This document shows positions 24,062 to 35,308 of a stretch of DNA of 64,000 bases, piece by piece. Both the position numbers and the translations under genes were made by a program. Under the pieces are notes generated by a model, which did no database searches, was not told where the DNA came from, and saw only the letters and a list, made by a program, of their open reading frames with translations. This stretch comes from an uncultured Gemmatimonadaceae bacterium (GTDB taxonomy: Bacteria > Gemmatimonadota > Gemmatimonadetes > Gemmatimonadales > GWC2-71-9), in NCBI GenBank assembly GCA_964596925.1, contig CAZQWQ010000040.1, positions 65,469-129,468 on the forward strand, written 5' to 3'. Positions within the stretch are counted from its first letter, which is position 1; every line of letters begins with the position of its first letter.

Positions 24062-25906
24062 TTACTGGTCTTGGGCCCGCGCGGTGCGGGCCAGCTTCCG
24101 CCGCTGTGTCGCACCCAGCGCGCGCTTGCGCAGCCGAACCGACGCCGGCGTCACTTCGATCAACTCGTCGTCTTCGATGTACTCGAGCGCCAGCTCCAGC
24201 GTGACTTGGCGCGGCGGCTCGAGCGAGATCATCTCGTCCGAGGCCGTCGTGCGCATGTTCGTCAGCTTTTTCTCTTTCGCCGCGTTCACATCGAGATCGC
24301 CCGGCCGCACATGCTCGCCGACAATCATCCCTTCGTACACGGCGTCGCCCGGCTTCACAAACATGGTACCGCGCTCCTGCAAATTGAAGAGCGCGAACGC
24401 CACCGCCAGCCCCTCCCGGTCGGCCACCATCACGCCGCGGTTCCGCCCGGACAACGGACCCGCCCAGGACCCGTACGCAAAAAAACGGTGATGCATGGTC
24501 CCGGTCCCGCGCGTATCCGTCAAGAACTCCGAGCGGTAGCCAAGCAGCCCCCGTGCCGGGATCTTGAAGCGCAGCCGCACCATCCCCACGCCCGCGTTTT
24601 TCATGTCGAGCAACGTCGCCCGCCGCGGCCCCAGCTTCTCCATCACCACCCCCATATAACCCTCGGGGCAGTCGATCATCAGCTCCTCGTACGGCTCGAG
24701 CTGTTCCCCATTCGGTCCTTCCCGGGGAATGATGCGCGGCCGGCTCACCTGGAACTCAAAGCCCTCCCGCCGCATCGTCTCCATCAGGATCCCGAGGTGC
24801 AGCTCGCCGCGCCCGGATACCGTGAACGTCTGGGGGTCATCGGTGTCTTCGACGCGCAGCGCGACGTTGCGCTCCAGCTCTTTGTACAAGCGTTCCCGCA
24901 GCTGCCGGCCGGTGACGAATTTGCCTTCCCGGCCCGCGAACGGCGCGTCGTTCACCCGGAAGTCTACCGAGATTGTCGGCTCCTCGACCGCGATGCCGGC
25001 CAGCCGGTCGAGGTGATCGAGCGCACTGATGGTCTTGCCGATCTCCACCCCCGCCAGGCCGGCGAGCGCCACGATCTCCCCGGCGGCCGCCTCCTCGAGC
25101 TCCACCCGCTCGAGTCCTTCGAACCCGAACAGCTTGACCACCCGCGCCTGATCGAACGGCGCGTCGCCCAGCGGCCCCGGCTCGCCCAGCGGCAGCAGGG
25201 CGACCGTGTCGCCGACGTGGACCCGCCCCCGCTCGATGCGTCCGATGCCGATGCGACCAAGGTAGGACGAATAGTCGAGCGTCGAAATCAGCATCTGCAA
25301 CGGACCCGAGGGGTCCCCCGACGGCGCGGGTACGGTGGAAAGGATCGTCGCGAACAGCGGCACCAGGTCCTTCCCGGGCACGCCGAGGTCCGGCGTCGCG
25401 ATCCCCAACCGGCTCGACGCATAGAGGAAGGGGCAGTTGAATTGGACCGGCGTCGCCTCGAGGTCGAGGAACAGCTCGAGCACTTCATCGTGCACCCGCA
25501 GTGGCTCGGCGTCCGAGCGGTCGATCTTGTTGATGACGACAATCGGCTTGAGTCCCAGGGCAAGTGCCTTCCCCGCGACGAACCGCGTTTGCGGCATCGG
25601 GCCTTCCGCCGCGTCCACCAGGAGCAGGAAGCCGTCCACCATCCGTAGTATGCGCTCGACCTCGCCCCCGAAGTCCGCATGCCCCGGCGTGTCGACGATG
25701 TTGATCGTGTGGACCGGATCACCCCACTTCATCGACGTGTTCTTCGAGAGGATGGTGATTCCCCGCTCGCGTTCGAGTGGGTTCGAATCGAGCGAGCCAA
25801 TCCCCGCCTCCTTCACGCGCACCCCGGACTGCTTGAGCATCTGGACGACGAGCGTGGTCTTTCCGTGATCGACGTGGGCGATGATGGCGATGTTGCGAAT
25901 CTGCAA
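24062..25906 (-). CDS. typA: Translational GTPase TypA/BipA
   Basis: 614 aa. Motifs [34 protein letters not shown] and NKIDR. EF-G-like domain order with the TypA-specific C-terminus. Confidence 0.97.
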   Translation of the reverse strand: MQIRNIAIIAHVDHGKTTLVVQMLKQSGVRVKEAGIGSLDSNPLERERGITILSKNTSMKWGDPVHTINIVDTPGHADFGGEVERILRMVDGFLLLVDAAEGPMPQTRFVAGKALALGLKPIVVINKIDRSDAEPLRVHDEVLELFLDLEATPVQFNCPFLYASSRLGIATPDLGVPGKDLVPLFATILSTVPAPSGDPSGPLQMLISTLDYSSYLGRIGIGRIERGRVHVGDTVALLPLGEPGPLGDAPFDQARVVKLFGFEGLERVELEEAAAGEIVALAGLAGVEIGKTISALDHLDRLAGIAVEEPTISVDFRVNDAPFAGREGKFVTGRQLRERLYKELERNVALRVEDTDDPQTFTVSGRGELHLGILMETMRREGFEFQVSRPRIIPREGPNGEQLEPYEELMIDCPEGYMGVVMEKLGPRRATLLDMKNAGVGMVRLRFKIPARGLLGYRSEFLTDTRGTGTMHHRFFAYGSWAGPLSGRNRGVMVADREGLAVAFALFNLQERGTMFVKPGDAVYEGMIVGEHVRPGDLDVNAAKEKKLTNMRTTASDEMISLEPPRQVTLELALEYIEDDELIEVTPASVRLRKRALGATQRRKLARTARAQDQ

Positions 25907-25988
25907 GGAGCTACGTCCTGTAGGGTGTCATGGTGAGGGGCGCAGTATAGAAAGGGCCTCTACGAAAGGCAAGGGAAGGATTCGCCGT

Positions 25989-26825
25989 CTACTCGCACGT
26001 CTCTTCCCGCTCCATTTGCACCGTCATGTGGTGGATTCCCAGGCCTCGCAGGCGTTCCTGCGCCTCCTCGAGGATCCGCTGGTTGGCACCTGGGTCCCGG
26101 ACCACGAGGTGCCCGCTCATCGCGACGACGCCGCTCGTGAGGGTCCACACGTGGAGGTCGTGCACTGAGCTCACGCCCGCGATGCTGACGAGCCGGTCAT
26201 GGACGGTGGTCAGCGGGATATGGGCCGGCGTGGCTTCGAGCAGGATGTCAGCGCTCTCGCGGACCAGGCGCCAGGCGCTCTGCAGGATGAGCAGGCCGAT
26301 CGCCACCGAGAGCAATGGATCGGCGAGCGTCCAGCCCGTGAGCAGCACGATCGCGCCGGCGGCCAGCGCCCCGATGGAGCCCAGCAGGTCGCTGAGGACA
26401 TGGAGGTACGCGCCGCGCTGGTTGAGCGAGTGGTCGTGGTCCCGGTGCAGGATCCGCATGCTGACGAGGTTCGTCAGCAGCCCGAGCGTCGCCACGCCGA
26501 CGACGAGCGGACCGTGGATCGCGGGCGGCGCACGAAGCCGGTGCCACGCCTCGATCGCGATGCCGGCGGCGATCACGATCAGCACCGCCCCGTTGACGAG
26601 CGCCGCCAGAATCTCAAGCCGCACCAACCCGTAACTGCGCTCGGGCGTCGCGGGCCGCTGCGCCACGCGGGCGACGAACAGGGCCAGCCCGAGCGCCGCA
26701 ACATCCGCCACCATGTGCCCCGCGTCGGCGAGCAAGGCCAGCGAATGCGCCAAGACGCCGCCGACCGCCTCGGCCACCATGACGGCCGCGCTCAGCGCCA
26801 ACACAAGCGACAGCCGCCGCGTCAT
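25989..26825 (-). CDS. Cation diffusion facilitator (CzcD/ZitB-like) metal efflux transporter
   Basis: I chose the ATG at 26825 (MTRRLSLVLALSAAVMVAEAVGG). Motifs SLALLADAGHMVADV and HVLSDLLGS, and the C-terminal domain HDLHVW. The upstream 135 codons of the ORF track are low-complexity and rejected. Confidence 0.85.
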   Translation of the reverse strand: MTRRLSLVLALSAAVMVAEAVGGVLAHSLALLADAGHMVADVAALGLALFVARVAQRPATPERSYGLVRLEILAALVNGAVLIVIAAGIAIEAWHRLRAPPAIHGPLVVGVATLGLLTNLVSMRILHRDHDHSLNQRGAYLHVLSDLLGSIGALAAGAIVLLTGWTLADPLLSVAIGLLILQSAWRLVRESADILLEATPAHIPLTTVHDRLVSIAGVSSVHDLHVWTLTSGVVAMSGHLVVRDPGANQRILEEAQERLRGLGIHHMTVQMEREETCE

Positions 26826-26960
26826 GTCGGCCCGCGCCGGCGCACGGTGCGCGCACTGCACGTCGAGGGGGAGAGCCTGAGCCACGTGATCCTCTCGCGG
26901 AAGGATACGGCGCCGCCCGCTTGAAGTCACCCCCGGCTCGACTACCTTAAGCCCCCTCCG

Positions 26961-28289
26961 ATGCCCGACCCGATAGGAAGTTCGCTGGGGCTCCGTCTCG
27001 CGGCCGTCGTGCTGCTCCTGACGGCGAACGCGTTTTTTGTAGCGGCGGAGTTTGCCCTCGTCGCTGCGCGCCGCACCCGCATCGAGGCGATGATCCGCCG
27101 CGGGGATCGCAAGGCCAAGAGCGTCCTCAAGGCCCTGGAGGATCTCTACCGCCAACTCTCCGCCGCCCAGCTCGGCATCACCGTTGCCTCGATCATGCTG
27201 GGCTACGTCGCGGAGGATACGGTCGCCCACCTGTTTCGCGACTGGTTCGCGGCCCTCCCCCCAATGCTCGGCTTTCTCGCGCGTGGCGGGGTCGCGTCAA
27301 CCGCCGCCGTCTCCGTCATCTCCTTTCTGCACGTCGTGATCGGAGAGCAGGCGCCCAAGGCATGGGCGATCACCTACCCCGAAGGGACGAGTCGCTGGAT
27401 CGCCACGCCGCTGCTGGTGTTCTCGACGATCACGCTGCCGTTCACCGAGCTGCTGAACTGGAGTGCCAATCGCGTCATCCGACTCCTCGGCATCAAAGGC
27501 ACGACCGCCGAGCACGAGCGGGTGCACTCGCCCGAGGAGATCCTGATGCTCGTCCAGCAAAGCGGGAAGACCGGCCGAATGGGCGCCCAGGACGCGCGCA
27601 TGATTGAAGGAGTGTTCGAGTTCAGCGAAAAGAACGCGCGCGAGGTGATGACACCGCGGACCCGAATGGTGGCGTTGCCGGCGACGCTGTCGCTCGCCGA
27701 CGCCGCCGACCGAGTCGCGGCAGCGGGTCGCTCGCGCTATCCCGTGTACCGGGAGTCGCTGGACGACATCGTTGGCACGGTACACGCCAAGGACATCCTG
27801 CGCGCACTGCGGGGATCTGAGCACGGAGACCGGACGCTTGAGGCGATCCTCCGTCTTCCTCTGTTCGTGCCCGGAACGCGCGAGGTCGAAGATGTGCTCG
27901 CCGACATGAAGCGGCAGAAGGTCCACCTCGCCATCGTGTTGGACGAGTACGGCGGCACCGCTGGGCTCGTCACCATGGAGGATCTGCTGGAAGAGATCGT
28001 CGGACAGATCTATGACGAATACGACCGCCCGGATGCCCCGAGCGGCGGCCCGTCCGCCGGCGCGCCCGCGCCGCTGATTTCCGGAAGCGCTGAGATCTCC
28101 GAGATCAACAAGACCTACGGGCTGCAGTTGGACGACACCGACTACACGACGATCGGTGGCGTAGTGTTCGGCAAGCTCGGGCGTTTGCCGAAAGCCGGAG
28201 ACCGGGTGGACCTGCCGGGGGCAACCTTTGAAGTGGTAGAAATGGAAGGTCGGCGCGTCGGGAAGGTGAAAGTCGAACGACGCGGTTAG
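26961..28289 (+). CDS. CNNM/DUF21-CBS-CorC_HlyC family protein (hemolysin-like / Mg-Co efflux-related)
   Basis: Motifs NAFFVAAEFALVAARR and GEQAPK, a CBS pair (MTPRTRMVAL...YPVY...GTVHAKD), and a C-terminal CorC_HlyC-like domain (GGVVFGKLGRLPKAGD). Confidence 0.9.
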   Translation: MPDPIGSSLGLRLAAVVLLLTANAFFVAAEFALVAARRTRIEAMIRRGDRKAKSVLKALEDLYRQLSAAQLGITVASIMLGYVAEDTVAHLFRDWFAALPPMLGFLARGGVASTAAVSVISFLHVVIGEQAPKAWAITYPEGTSRWIATPLLVFSTITLPFTELLNWSANRVIRLLGIKGTTAEHERVHSPEEILMLVQQSGKTGRMGAQDARMIEGVFEFSEKNAREVMTPRTRMVALPATLSLADAADRVAAAGRSRYPVYRESLDDIVGTVHAKDILRALRGSEHGDRTLEAILRLPLFVPGTREVEDVLADMKRQKVHLAIVLDEYGGTAGLVTMEDLLEEIVGQIYDEYDRPDAPSGGPSAGAPAPLISGSAEISEINKTYGLQLDDTDYTTIGGVVFGKLGRLPKAGDRVDLPGATFEVVEMEGRRVGKVKVERRG

Positions 28290-29212
28290 CCCAGTCGAGG
28301 CATGCCGCGCTCTGCCAGTTGGGTGGCCAGCTCCAGTGCGGCACGCATCGACCCGGTATCCGCGATGCCCTTCCCGACGATGTCGAACGCGGTGCCGTGA
28401 TCGGGCGCCGTCCGCGGGAACGGCAGTCCCATTGTGACGTTCACCCCTTTGCCGAACCCCGCCACTTTGACCGCCGTCATGCCCACGTCGTGGTACGGAG
28501 CGAGCACCGCGTCGAACTCCCCCCGCAGCGCGCGCACGAACACCGTGTCTGCCGGTAGCGGGCCCGCGGCGCCGAGCTGCTCGGCGGCGGGACGCAGAAT
28601 ACGCTCGTCCTCGTCGCCAAACAGACCGCCCTCGCCGGCGTGTGGGTTGAGCGCGCACACCGCGAGTCGTGGCGCGATCAGCCCCCACCAGCGCGCCAGC
28701 GCGGTCGCCGTGATCCGGCCGATCGCCACGACCCCCTCCGTGGTCAGCCGCAACGGGACGTCGCGCAAGGCGATATGGGTGGTGACGAGCGCGACACGCA
28801 GCTGGCCGGCCGTCAGCATCATGGCCGTCGGGGTGTTGCTGGTAAGATGGGAGAGCAACTCGGTCACGCCCGGGAAGCGATACCCGGCGAGATGCAGCGC
28901 GCGTTTCTCCACGGGTCCGGTCACCACCGCGTCCACTTCGCCGGCGCGCGCCAGCCAGACGGCTCGTTCGATGGAGCGGACTGACAGTAGGCCGGCGGCC
29001 GTGGCGCGCGCGTCGTCACCGCGGCCGGCGTCGTGTCCCCATTCCCCAACGCTCAGCCGGCTGCGCGCCGGAATGCCCCCCATCTGGTCATCCGGGCCGA
29101 CCAGCACGACGTCCGCGGCAAGCGGCGCCTCGCCGAGCGCCCGCGCCACCACCTCGGGGCCGATCCCTCGCGGGTCGCCGAGGGTGACGGCGAGGCGCGG
29201 ACGGCGGGCCAC
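28286..29212 (-). CDS. pdxA: 4-hydroxythreonine-4-phosphate dehydrogenase
   Basis: Motifs TLGDPRGIGPEVV, NPHAGEGGLFGDED, HDVGMTA and APDHGTAFDIVGKGIAD. It follows a SurA-like gene, as in the classical surA-pdxA arrangement. Confidence 0.92.
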   Translation of the reverse strand: MARRPRLAVTLGDPRGIGPEVVARALGEAPLAADVVLVGPDDQMGGIPARSRLSVGEWGHDAGRGDDARATAAGLLSVRSIERAVWLARAGEVDAVVTGPVEKRALHLAGYRFPGVTELLSHLTSNTPTAMMLTAGQLRVALVTTHIALRDVPLRLTTEGVVAIGRITATALARWWGLIAPRLAVCALNPHAGEGGLFGDEDERILRPAAEQLGAAGPLPADTVFVRALRGEFDAVLAPYHDVGMTAVKVAGFGKGVNVTMGLPFPRTAPDHGTAFDIVGKGIADTGSMRAALELATQLAERGMPRLG

Positions 29213-29214
29213 CG

Positions 29215-30531
29215 CTACAGCCGGATGTCGATGTAGGTCTGGCGACGCAGCAGGTCGACGTAGTGTTGGACGGCCAGATCCTGGGCGAGCCGGCCCCGGA
29301 TCTGGTCGCGCACGTCCTCGAACCCGAGCTCGCCTTCCGGTTGGCGCCCGGTCGCCTCGAGCACGGCGAATTGCGGCCGGGGACCGTTCGCCCCGATCGC
29401 CAGCACGGCCTTGAGGCCCAGCGTGCTGTCCCGCGCGAACAGCTGCTGGTAGTCCGGGCCCAACTCCGAGAGCGGCACCGACTCAGCGAGTTTGGGGGCG
29501 TTCTCGTCGCCATACATGCGCGCCAACGAGTCGAACGACGCCCCTCGGGCGAGCGCCGTGTGGACCGACTCGGCACGCTGGCGGGCGGCCGCGATCTGCG
29601 CGGGCGAGATCACGGGCGCGATCAGGATGTGGCGCGCCAGCAGCTCGGCGGGCTGGATCCGGTCCACCTGGATGATATGGTAACCGAACATGGTCTCCAC
29701 CACGTCCGATATCTGGCCGGGCCGAAGGCGGAACGCCACGGCTTCGAACGGCTTCACCATCGTGCCGAGGCGGAACCAGCCGAGCGACCCGCCGGAATCC
29801 CGCGTCGTGGAGTCCGCGGAGAATCGCCGCGCCGCGGCGGCGAAGTCAGCCCCGCCGCGCAGGGCCGTAAGGAGTGACTCGGCGGTCGTCCGCGCCACTT
29901 GGCGCGCCACGGAATCGGGCTCCGGCAGGATCACGACCTGGCGGAACGACACCACCGCGGGGCGCCGCTGACTCTGGCCTTTGTTCGCATCCCAGAACGC
30001 GCGCATCTGCGCGTCGGTCGGCGGGATCGGCTTGAGGATGCCCTTTTGTCGCAGCTGTTCCTGGAGCCGTTGGCTCAGGATGGCGCGGCGCTGGCTTTCG
30101 GTCAACCAGCGACGCCACTCCTCGGCGCTGCCGAACCCGGCGAGGCGCAGCTGCCGTTGCAGCTCGATTTCCGAGGCGAAGCGACCGCGCACGTTCTTCA
30201 CGGTTTGCTCCACCGCTTCCTGCACCTCCTGCTCCGTCACCTTCACCGTCGTGTCCCGTTCGGCCTGCTGGACAAGCAGCTCCATGTCGACCAGCGACGT
30301 GAGAATGCGGCGCCGCAGCGCGGCGCGTCCTGCGGAATCTTGCGGCAACACCTGGCCAGCCGTCTGCGCCTGGGCCAGCTCCTCCTCGAGCTGCGACGCG
30401 AGAATCGGCCGCGTGCCGACGACGGCCACGATTCGGTCCACCGGCACGGGCCCCTGTGCCCGCACCGCCTTCGGGCTTGCGCCCGCGAGCACCAGGGCGA
30501 ACGCCAGGAGGAATCCACACCGGGCCGTCAT
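29215..30531 (-). CDS. SurA-like periplasmic chaperone / parvulin-type peptidyl-prolyl isomerase
   Basis: I chose the ATG at 30531 (MTARCGFLLAFALVLAGASPKAVRAQ signal). SurA-N-like start (VDRIVAVVGTRPILASQLEEE). Parvulin domain GGSLGWFRLGTMVKPFE...MFGYHIIQV. Confidence 0.8.
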   Translation of the reverse strand: MTARCGFLLAFALVLAGASPKAVRAQGPVPVDRIVAVVGTRPILASQLEEELAQAQTAGQVLPQDSAGRAALRRRILTSLVDMELLVQQAERDTTVKVTEQEVQEAVEQTVKNVRGRFASEIELQRQLRLAGFGSAEEWRRWLTESQRRAILSQRLQEQLRQKGILKPIPPTDAQMRAFWDANKGQSQRRPAVVSFRQVVILPEPDSVARQVARTTAESLLTALRGGADFAAAARRFSADSTTRDSGGSLGWFRLGTMVKPFEAVAFRLRPGQISDVVETMFGYHIIQVDRIQPAELLARHILIAPVISPAQIAAARQRAESVHTALARGASFDSLARMYGDENAPKLAESVPLSELGPDYQQLFARDSTLGLKAVLAIGANGPRPQFAVLEATGRQPEGELGFEDVRDQIRGRLAQDLAVQHYVDLLRRQTYIDIRL

Positions 30532-30536
30532 CGGTG

Positions 30537-32042
30537 TCACTGCAAGACCCGGCGCGACGGTGGGCGTTGCAGCAGCGAATCCGGCACTGGGGGCACGGGC
30601 GCCGGACCGGGCGCGGGGCGCATGCCGGTCCCCGGGGTCTCCGCGCCCGGCGGGCGCAACGAATCCGTCGCGGCGCGCAACGCGGTGGCCCGCTCGGCGG
30701 CGCGACGGACCGCCGCGGCATCGATCGACCATTCGCTACGCTGACGCAGCACCTGGGCGAGCAGCGGCGGGATTGGGAAAAACTGAGCCCCGCCCCCGAC
30801 CACCCGGTCGAAATAGTCGTTCACGCGCGCCATCGCGAAACGCGCCCGGCCATCAGGCGTCGTGGCCGAGTCGCGCGCCATCGCGGCATCGAGCTGCAGC
30901 ATCGCACGCAGCAACGTGAGGGTTGAGTCGTATTCGAAGCGGATCATGGCCCACTCCGAGTCCGCCAGCTGCACGTTGGCGGAATCCGCCTCACGGATGG
31001 CGACGGTACGCTCCGCCATCTGCTGTACCAACGAGCCGATCATGGAGTCATTGGCCGACGGCAGCGCCTGCGCGATTCGCGGGTCGACCGCGTACACCCA
31101 GCGCACGAAATCCTTCATCTGAAACTCGCCCCCGGAATAGCTGGCGAGCCGCTGGCTGCTGCTCCCGGCGGTACCGAGGTCCTGCATCGCGCCGCGGATC
31201 GCTTCTCCCACCCGCTTCGAGACCCGGACCTGGCGCCGTTGGGTCAGGTCGGCCAGGTACGTAGAATCGTTGCGCGCGACGATGATGCGCCGCACGCTGG
31301 CTGCGAAGGTGTCGCGGATCTCGGCGAGCGGGGGCCGGCGAATGATATGGAACCCGAAGTTGGACCGCACGACACCCGACATCGCGCCCGGCACGAGCTG
31401 CCACGCCGCGTCCTCGAACTGCGGCACGAAGCGCCCACGCCAGCTCACATCGAGGTACCCCCCCGATACCTTGGACCCCGGATCCTCCGAGGCCCGCCTG
31501 GCCGCGGCCGCGAAGGCTGCCCCACCCGACGTCGCCAGCGTGCGCCACAACCCATTCGCCTGCGCTTGTTTCTGCTGCAGCGCCGGCGGAGCCGCGCTCG
31601 GCGCCACGGCGATCAGAATGTGCGAGAACGCGCGCAGCTCGCCGGCTCCGTAGATCGAGTCGATTGCCCGATCGCTTGGGGCCTGACTGGTGTTGAGCCG
31701 CTCGAGGAAGTGCTCGAGTTTCAGCTGAGTGACCGCGGGCCACATGGCATGCGCCACGACTGATGTGTCATCGAGGTTCTCGCCCTGGGCCAGCGCCACA
31801 GCGAACAACATGAAGTCGACGTACGCGCCCGCCAACCGCGACAGGTTCGTCGGCTGCAGCGGCATCCCCTTCACCCGCGAGGCGATCTCCGCCAGACGAT
31901 CGACCGTCAGGGTTTGCCCGGCCGCCCGCGCCGCCGCCGAGGGATGTGCAGAAAACGCATCCCCCAGCACTTTGCACCCGCCCAGTGCGAGCACTAGCAC
32001 CAGCAACCCCAATCGACGCATGGCGAGACTCCTCTTCCTCAT
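30537..32042 (-). CDS. Parvulin-type PPIase-domain lipoprotein (SurA/PpiD-like)
   Basis: Lipobox LVLALGGC. Parvulin motif GGYLDVSWRGRFVPQFE...NFGFHIIRR. The start could be ATG 32042 or ATG 32021. Confidence 0.75.
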   Translation of the reverse strand: MRKRSLAMRRLGLLVLVLALGGCKVLGDAFSAHPSAAARAAGQTLTVDRLAEIASRVKGMPLQPTNLSRLAGAYVDFMLFAVALAQGENLDDTSVVAHAMWPAVTQLKLEHFLERLNTSQAPSDRAIDSIYGAGELRAFSHILIAVAPSAAPPALQQKQAQANGLWRTLATSGGAAFAAAARRASEDPGSKVSGGYLDVSWRGRFVPQFEDAAWQLVPGAMSGVVRSNFGFHIIRRPPLAEIRDTFAASVRRIIVARNDSTYLADLTQRRQVRVSKRVGEAIRGAMQDLGTAGSSSQRLASYSGGEFQMKDFVRWVYAVDPRIAQALPSANDSMIGSLVQQMAERTVAIREADSANVQLADSEWAMIRFEYDSTLTLLRAMLQLDAAMARDSATTPDGRARFAMARVNDYFDRVVGGGAQFFPIPPLLAQVLRQRSEWSIDAAAVRRAAERATALRAATDSLRPPGAETPGTGMRPAPGPAPVPPVPDSLLQRPPSRRVLQ

Positions 32043-35000
32043 AGGTCTGCGGACACTGCGGTGAGCGCGCGCACCAGCCCGGGGCCGATCGCCTCTCCCC
32101 CCAGGCGGCGAAGTCGCAGCGAGAGCGGCACGGCCCGGCGCACATCAGCCTCGAACTGCACCGCGTCGAGCGCCGCGGTCAGCCCGGCCATCCGCGGGTG
32201 CGCGCCTCGCCGAAACGTGAGCCGCGCCTCGTCGCCCCGCACCAGGACCGTTTCCAGTCCCGTCCGGGCGCCGAGCGCGCGGAGTTCCGTCACCAGGAGC
32301 AGCCGCTCGGCCTCCGGTGGCAAGGGCCCGAAGCGATCGCGTAGCTCCTCGCGAACGGCTGGAATCTCGCCAGGCCTTTCAACCCGCGCCAGTCGCCGGT
32401 ACACCTCGAGCTTCGCGGCATGATCGGCCACGTAACCGTCGGGCAAATGCGCCGGCAGGTCCAACACGACCTCGGGGGGAACCCCGGCGCCCCACCTCGT
32501 GTCCCCCTTGCCTTGGAGGGCCCGCACTTCCTCCTCCAACCACCGCAGGTACATATCGAACCCCACAGCCTGGGCGTGTCCCGACTGTTGTGCGCCTAGC
32601 AAGTTCCCCGCGCCACGTAGTTCCAGGTCGCGCAGCGCGATGCGGTAACCCGATCCCAGGTCGGTGTGATGCTCCAGCGCCCGCAGCCGGTCTTCGGCGG
32701 CCGGGTCGGTGAGGTCGGGCACGAGCAGATAGCAAGCTGCCCGCCGGTGGCTGCGCCCGACGCGGCCGCGCAGCTGGTACAGCTGCGCCAACCCGAAACG
32801 ATCCGCCCGGTCGACAATCATCGTGTTCGCATTCGGGACGTCGAGCCCGGACTCGACGATCATCGTCGACACGAGCACATCCACCTCGCCGGCGACGAAC
32901 CGTGCCATGACCCGGTCGAGCTCCGCCTCCTTCATCTGCCCGTGCGCCACGGCCACCCGGGCCCGGGGCGCGAGCGACTGCACGCGGGCGGCGATCGTAT
33001 CGATCGTCTCGATGCGGTTGTGCACGAAGTACACCTGCCCGCCTCGGTCCAACTCCCGGGCGATCGCTTCCTCGAGCAAGGCGTCGTCCCACGGCTCAAT
33101 GAACGTCAACACCGGAGAGCGATCCTTCGGCGCGGTCTCGAGCATCGTCATGTCGCGCAGCCCGGCGAGTGACAGATGCAGCGTCCGCGGGATCGGCGTG
33201 GCGGTGAGCGTCAGCACGTCCACCGAGAGTTTCAATGCCTTGAGCCGCTCCTTGTGCCGCACCCCAAAGCGATGCTCCTCGTCCACGATCACGAGGCCGA
33301 GGTCCTTGAACCGGACGTCCGGGGAGAGCAGTCGATGCGTGCCGATCACGATGTCGAGAGTCCCGTCGGCAAGCCGGGCGAGAGCCGCGCTGGTGTCGCG
33401 GGCCGAGCGGAAGCGCGACAATACGTCGAGTCGAACCGGATAGTCGGCGAGCCGGTCCCGGAACGTCCGGCCATGCTGCTCCGCGAGGATCGTCGTGGGG
33501 ACGAGGACCGCCACCTGTTTCCCGATCTGCACCGCCTTGAAGGCCGCGCGCAGCGCCACCTCCGTCTTGCCATATCCGACGTCGCCCACGAGCAGGCGGT
33601 CCATCGGTCGCGGCCGTTCCATATCGCGCTTGACCTCGAGCGTGGCGTGCACCTGATCGGACGTGTCCTCGTACAGGAACGCCGACTCGAGCTCGCGCTG
33701 CCACGGTGTGTCCGGTGGAAACGCGTACCCCGGCGCGAGCTGGCGGCGCGCGTACAGCTCGAGCAGCTCCTGCGCCATGGCGCGGATCGCCGCGCGCGTC
33801 TTGTCGCGCTGTCGCTGCCAGGTCGTGTTGCCGAGGCGGTGCAGTCGCGGCGGTGGCGCGTCCCCGTTTCCCGGGGCGCGGTACGGTTCGAGCTGGTCCA
33901 GCCGGTACAGCGGCACGTTCAGCCGGTCGCCGCCCTCGTACTCGACGACCGCAACCTCGAGCGTCGCTTCACCCACCGGGATCGTCTGCAACCCCCGGAA
34001 TATCCCGATGCCATGCTCGAGGTGCACCACGAACTCACCCACGGCCAGCGGTCGCGACGCGGCGGAGAGGGTTGCCGTGCGGTAGCGTCGTGGCCGCCGC
34101 AGCCGGCGCGCGCGGCGGAAAATCTCGTGGTCCGTGAGCACCCGCAGTCCCGGGAGCACAAACCCCGCATCGATCGCGCCCACCGCGAGCGTCGCCGAGC
34201 GGTCGCCGAGCAATTCCTCCAGGCGCTCGAGCTGTCCCTCGTTGTCGCACAAGACGACGGTCGCGGGCGCGCTCGCCACAACCTGCCGCAGACGCTTCAA
34301 GTCGCGGTCGATCGCCTCGGGAGGCACGAGCGGGAAGTTTTGGTCCGCGCCGGCGACCCCCGGGGCAAGTCGCGCAAACCCGGCCAGCAGGCGTCGCCAC
34401 CGCGCGGGATCGACGAACAGCTCCTCGCGCGCGGCCGCCGCCTCGCCCATGCGCCGTGCGACATCGAGATGGTGCGCCGCGTCGGTCCACGCACGGTCGA
34501 CTTCGTGCTCGAGGGCGGTCTCCTGGTCCAGCACGATCAGTGCATCAGAGGGAAGCAGATCCAGAAGCGACTGCCGTTCGACGGACGCGGTCTCCGCGGC
34601 GTCTCGAACATCCACCTCGGTGCGGCTGGGAAGGACCGTGACCCGGGGAACCGTTTCCCCCGAGCGTTGCGTATCCAGATCGAACGCGCGCAGCGACACA
34701 ATCTCGTCGCCCCACCACTCGATCCTGGTCGGTGCCGCCATGCCGTATCCATACACGTCCAGGATGCCGCCGCGCACACTGAATTGAGCGACTTCGGTGA
34801 CCGTCGGCACCCGCTCGTATCCCATGTCGGCAAGCCGCTCCGCCACCCAGGTGAGCGACGCTTGCTCCGCACCGCCCGCCGCCAGCACAAGGCGGCGCCG
34901 TGCGAGAGCCGCCGGAACACCGGTGCGTTCGGCGCTGCCCCGACCCGTCGTCACGACGATGCGCGCCAGCCCCGACAACAACGCTTCCATGGTCTCGATG

Positions 35001-35308
35001 CGCTCGCCCGCAATCTCGACGTGCGGCTCTTCGGCGCCCAGGCTCTCGCGCTGGGGGAACAGCACCACGCCTCCGTCGCGCAGCGTCCGGAGGTCGGCGA
35101 GCCAGCGCTCGGCGTCCGCCGGCGTGGGGGTAAGGACGACAAATACGCGCTGAGCCAATCGCCGCGCGAGGGCAGCCACGAGGACCGCGGGACTCGAACC
35201 CGGCAGCCCGCCGAGCGTGAGCCGTACGCCCGCCGCGGGGAGACGCTCGGCCAGCGCACGCGTCGCTGGGAGGTCGTCGAAGCGATCGAGGAGGAAATCC
35301 AGAGACAT
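32039..35308 (-). CDS. mfd: Transcription-repair coupling factor
   Basis: I chose the ATG at 35308 (MSLDFLLDRF...), which forms a TGATG overlap with the upstream stop. Motifs: a CarD-like segment (GEFVVHLEHGIGIF), helicase motifs GDVGYGKTEVA, DEEHRFGV and TATPIPRTL, and a TRCF C-terminus. Confidence 0.93.
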   Translation of the reverse strand: MSLDFLLDRFDDLPATRALAERLPAAGVRLTLGGLPGSSPAVLVAALARRLAQRVFVVLTPTPADAERWLADLRTLRDGGVVLFPQRESLGAEEPHVEIAGERIETMEALLSGLARIVVTTGRGSAERTGVPAALARRRLVLAAGGAEQASLTWVAERLADMGYERVPTVTEVAQFSVRGGILDVYGYGMAAPTRIEWWGDEIVSLRAFDLDTQRSGETVPRVTVLPSRTEVDVRDAAETASVERQSLLDLLPSDALIVLDQETALEHEVDRAWTDAAHHLDVARRMGEAAAAREELFVDPARWRRLLAGFARLAPGVAGADQNFPLVPPEAIDRDLKRLRQVVASAPATVVLCDNEGQLERLEELLGDRSATLAVGAIDAGFVLPGLRVLTDHEIFRRARRLRRPRRYRTATLSAASRPLAVGEFVVHLEHGIGIFRGLQTIPVGEATLEVAVVEYEGGDRLNVPLYRLDQLEPYRAPGNGDAPPPRLHRLGNTTWQRQRDKTRAAIRAMAQELLELYARRQLAPGYAFPPDTPWQRELESAFLYEDTSDQVHATLEVKRDMERPRPMDRLLVGDVGYGKTEVALRAAFKAVQIGKQVAVLVPTTILAEQHGRTFRDRLADYPVRLDVLSRFRSARDTSAALARLADGTLDIVIGTHRLLSPDVRFKDLGLVIVDEEHRFGVRHKERLKALKLSVDVLTLTATPIPRTLHLSLAGLRDMTMLETAPKDRSPVLTFIEPWDDALLEEAIARELDRGGQVYFVHNRIETIDTIAARVQSLAPRARVAVAHGQMKEAELDRVMARFVAGEVDVLVSTMIVESGLDVPNANTMIVDRADRFGLAQLYQLRGRVGRSHRRAACYLLVPDLTDPAAEDRLRALEHHTDLGSGYRIALRDLELRGAGNLLGAQQSGHAQAVGFDMYLRWLEEEVRALQGKGDTRWGAGVPPEVVLDLPAHLPDGYVADHAAKLEVYRRLARVERPGEIPAVREELRDRFGPLPPEAERLLLVTELRALGARTGLETVLVRGDEARLTFRRGAHPRMAGLTAALDAVQFEADVRRAVPLSLRLRRLGGEAIGPGLVRALTAVSADL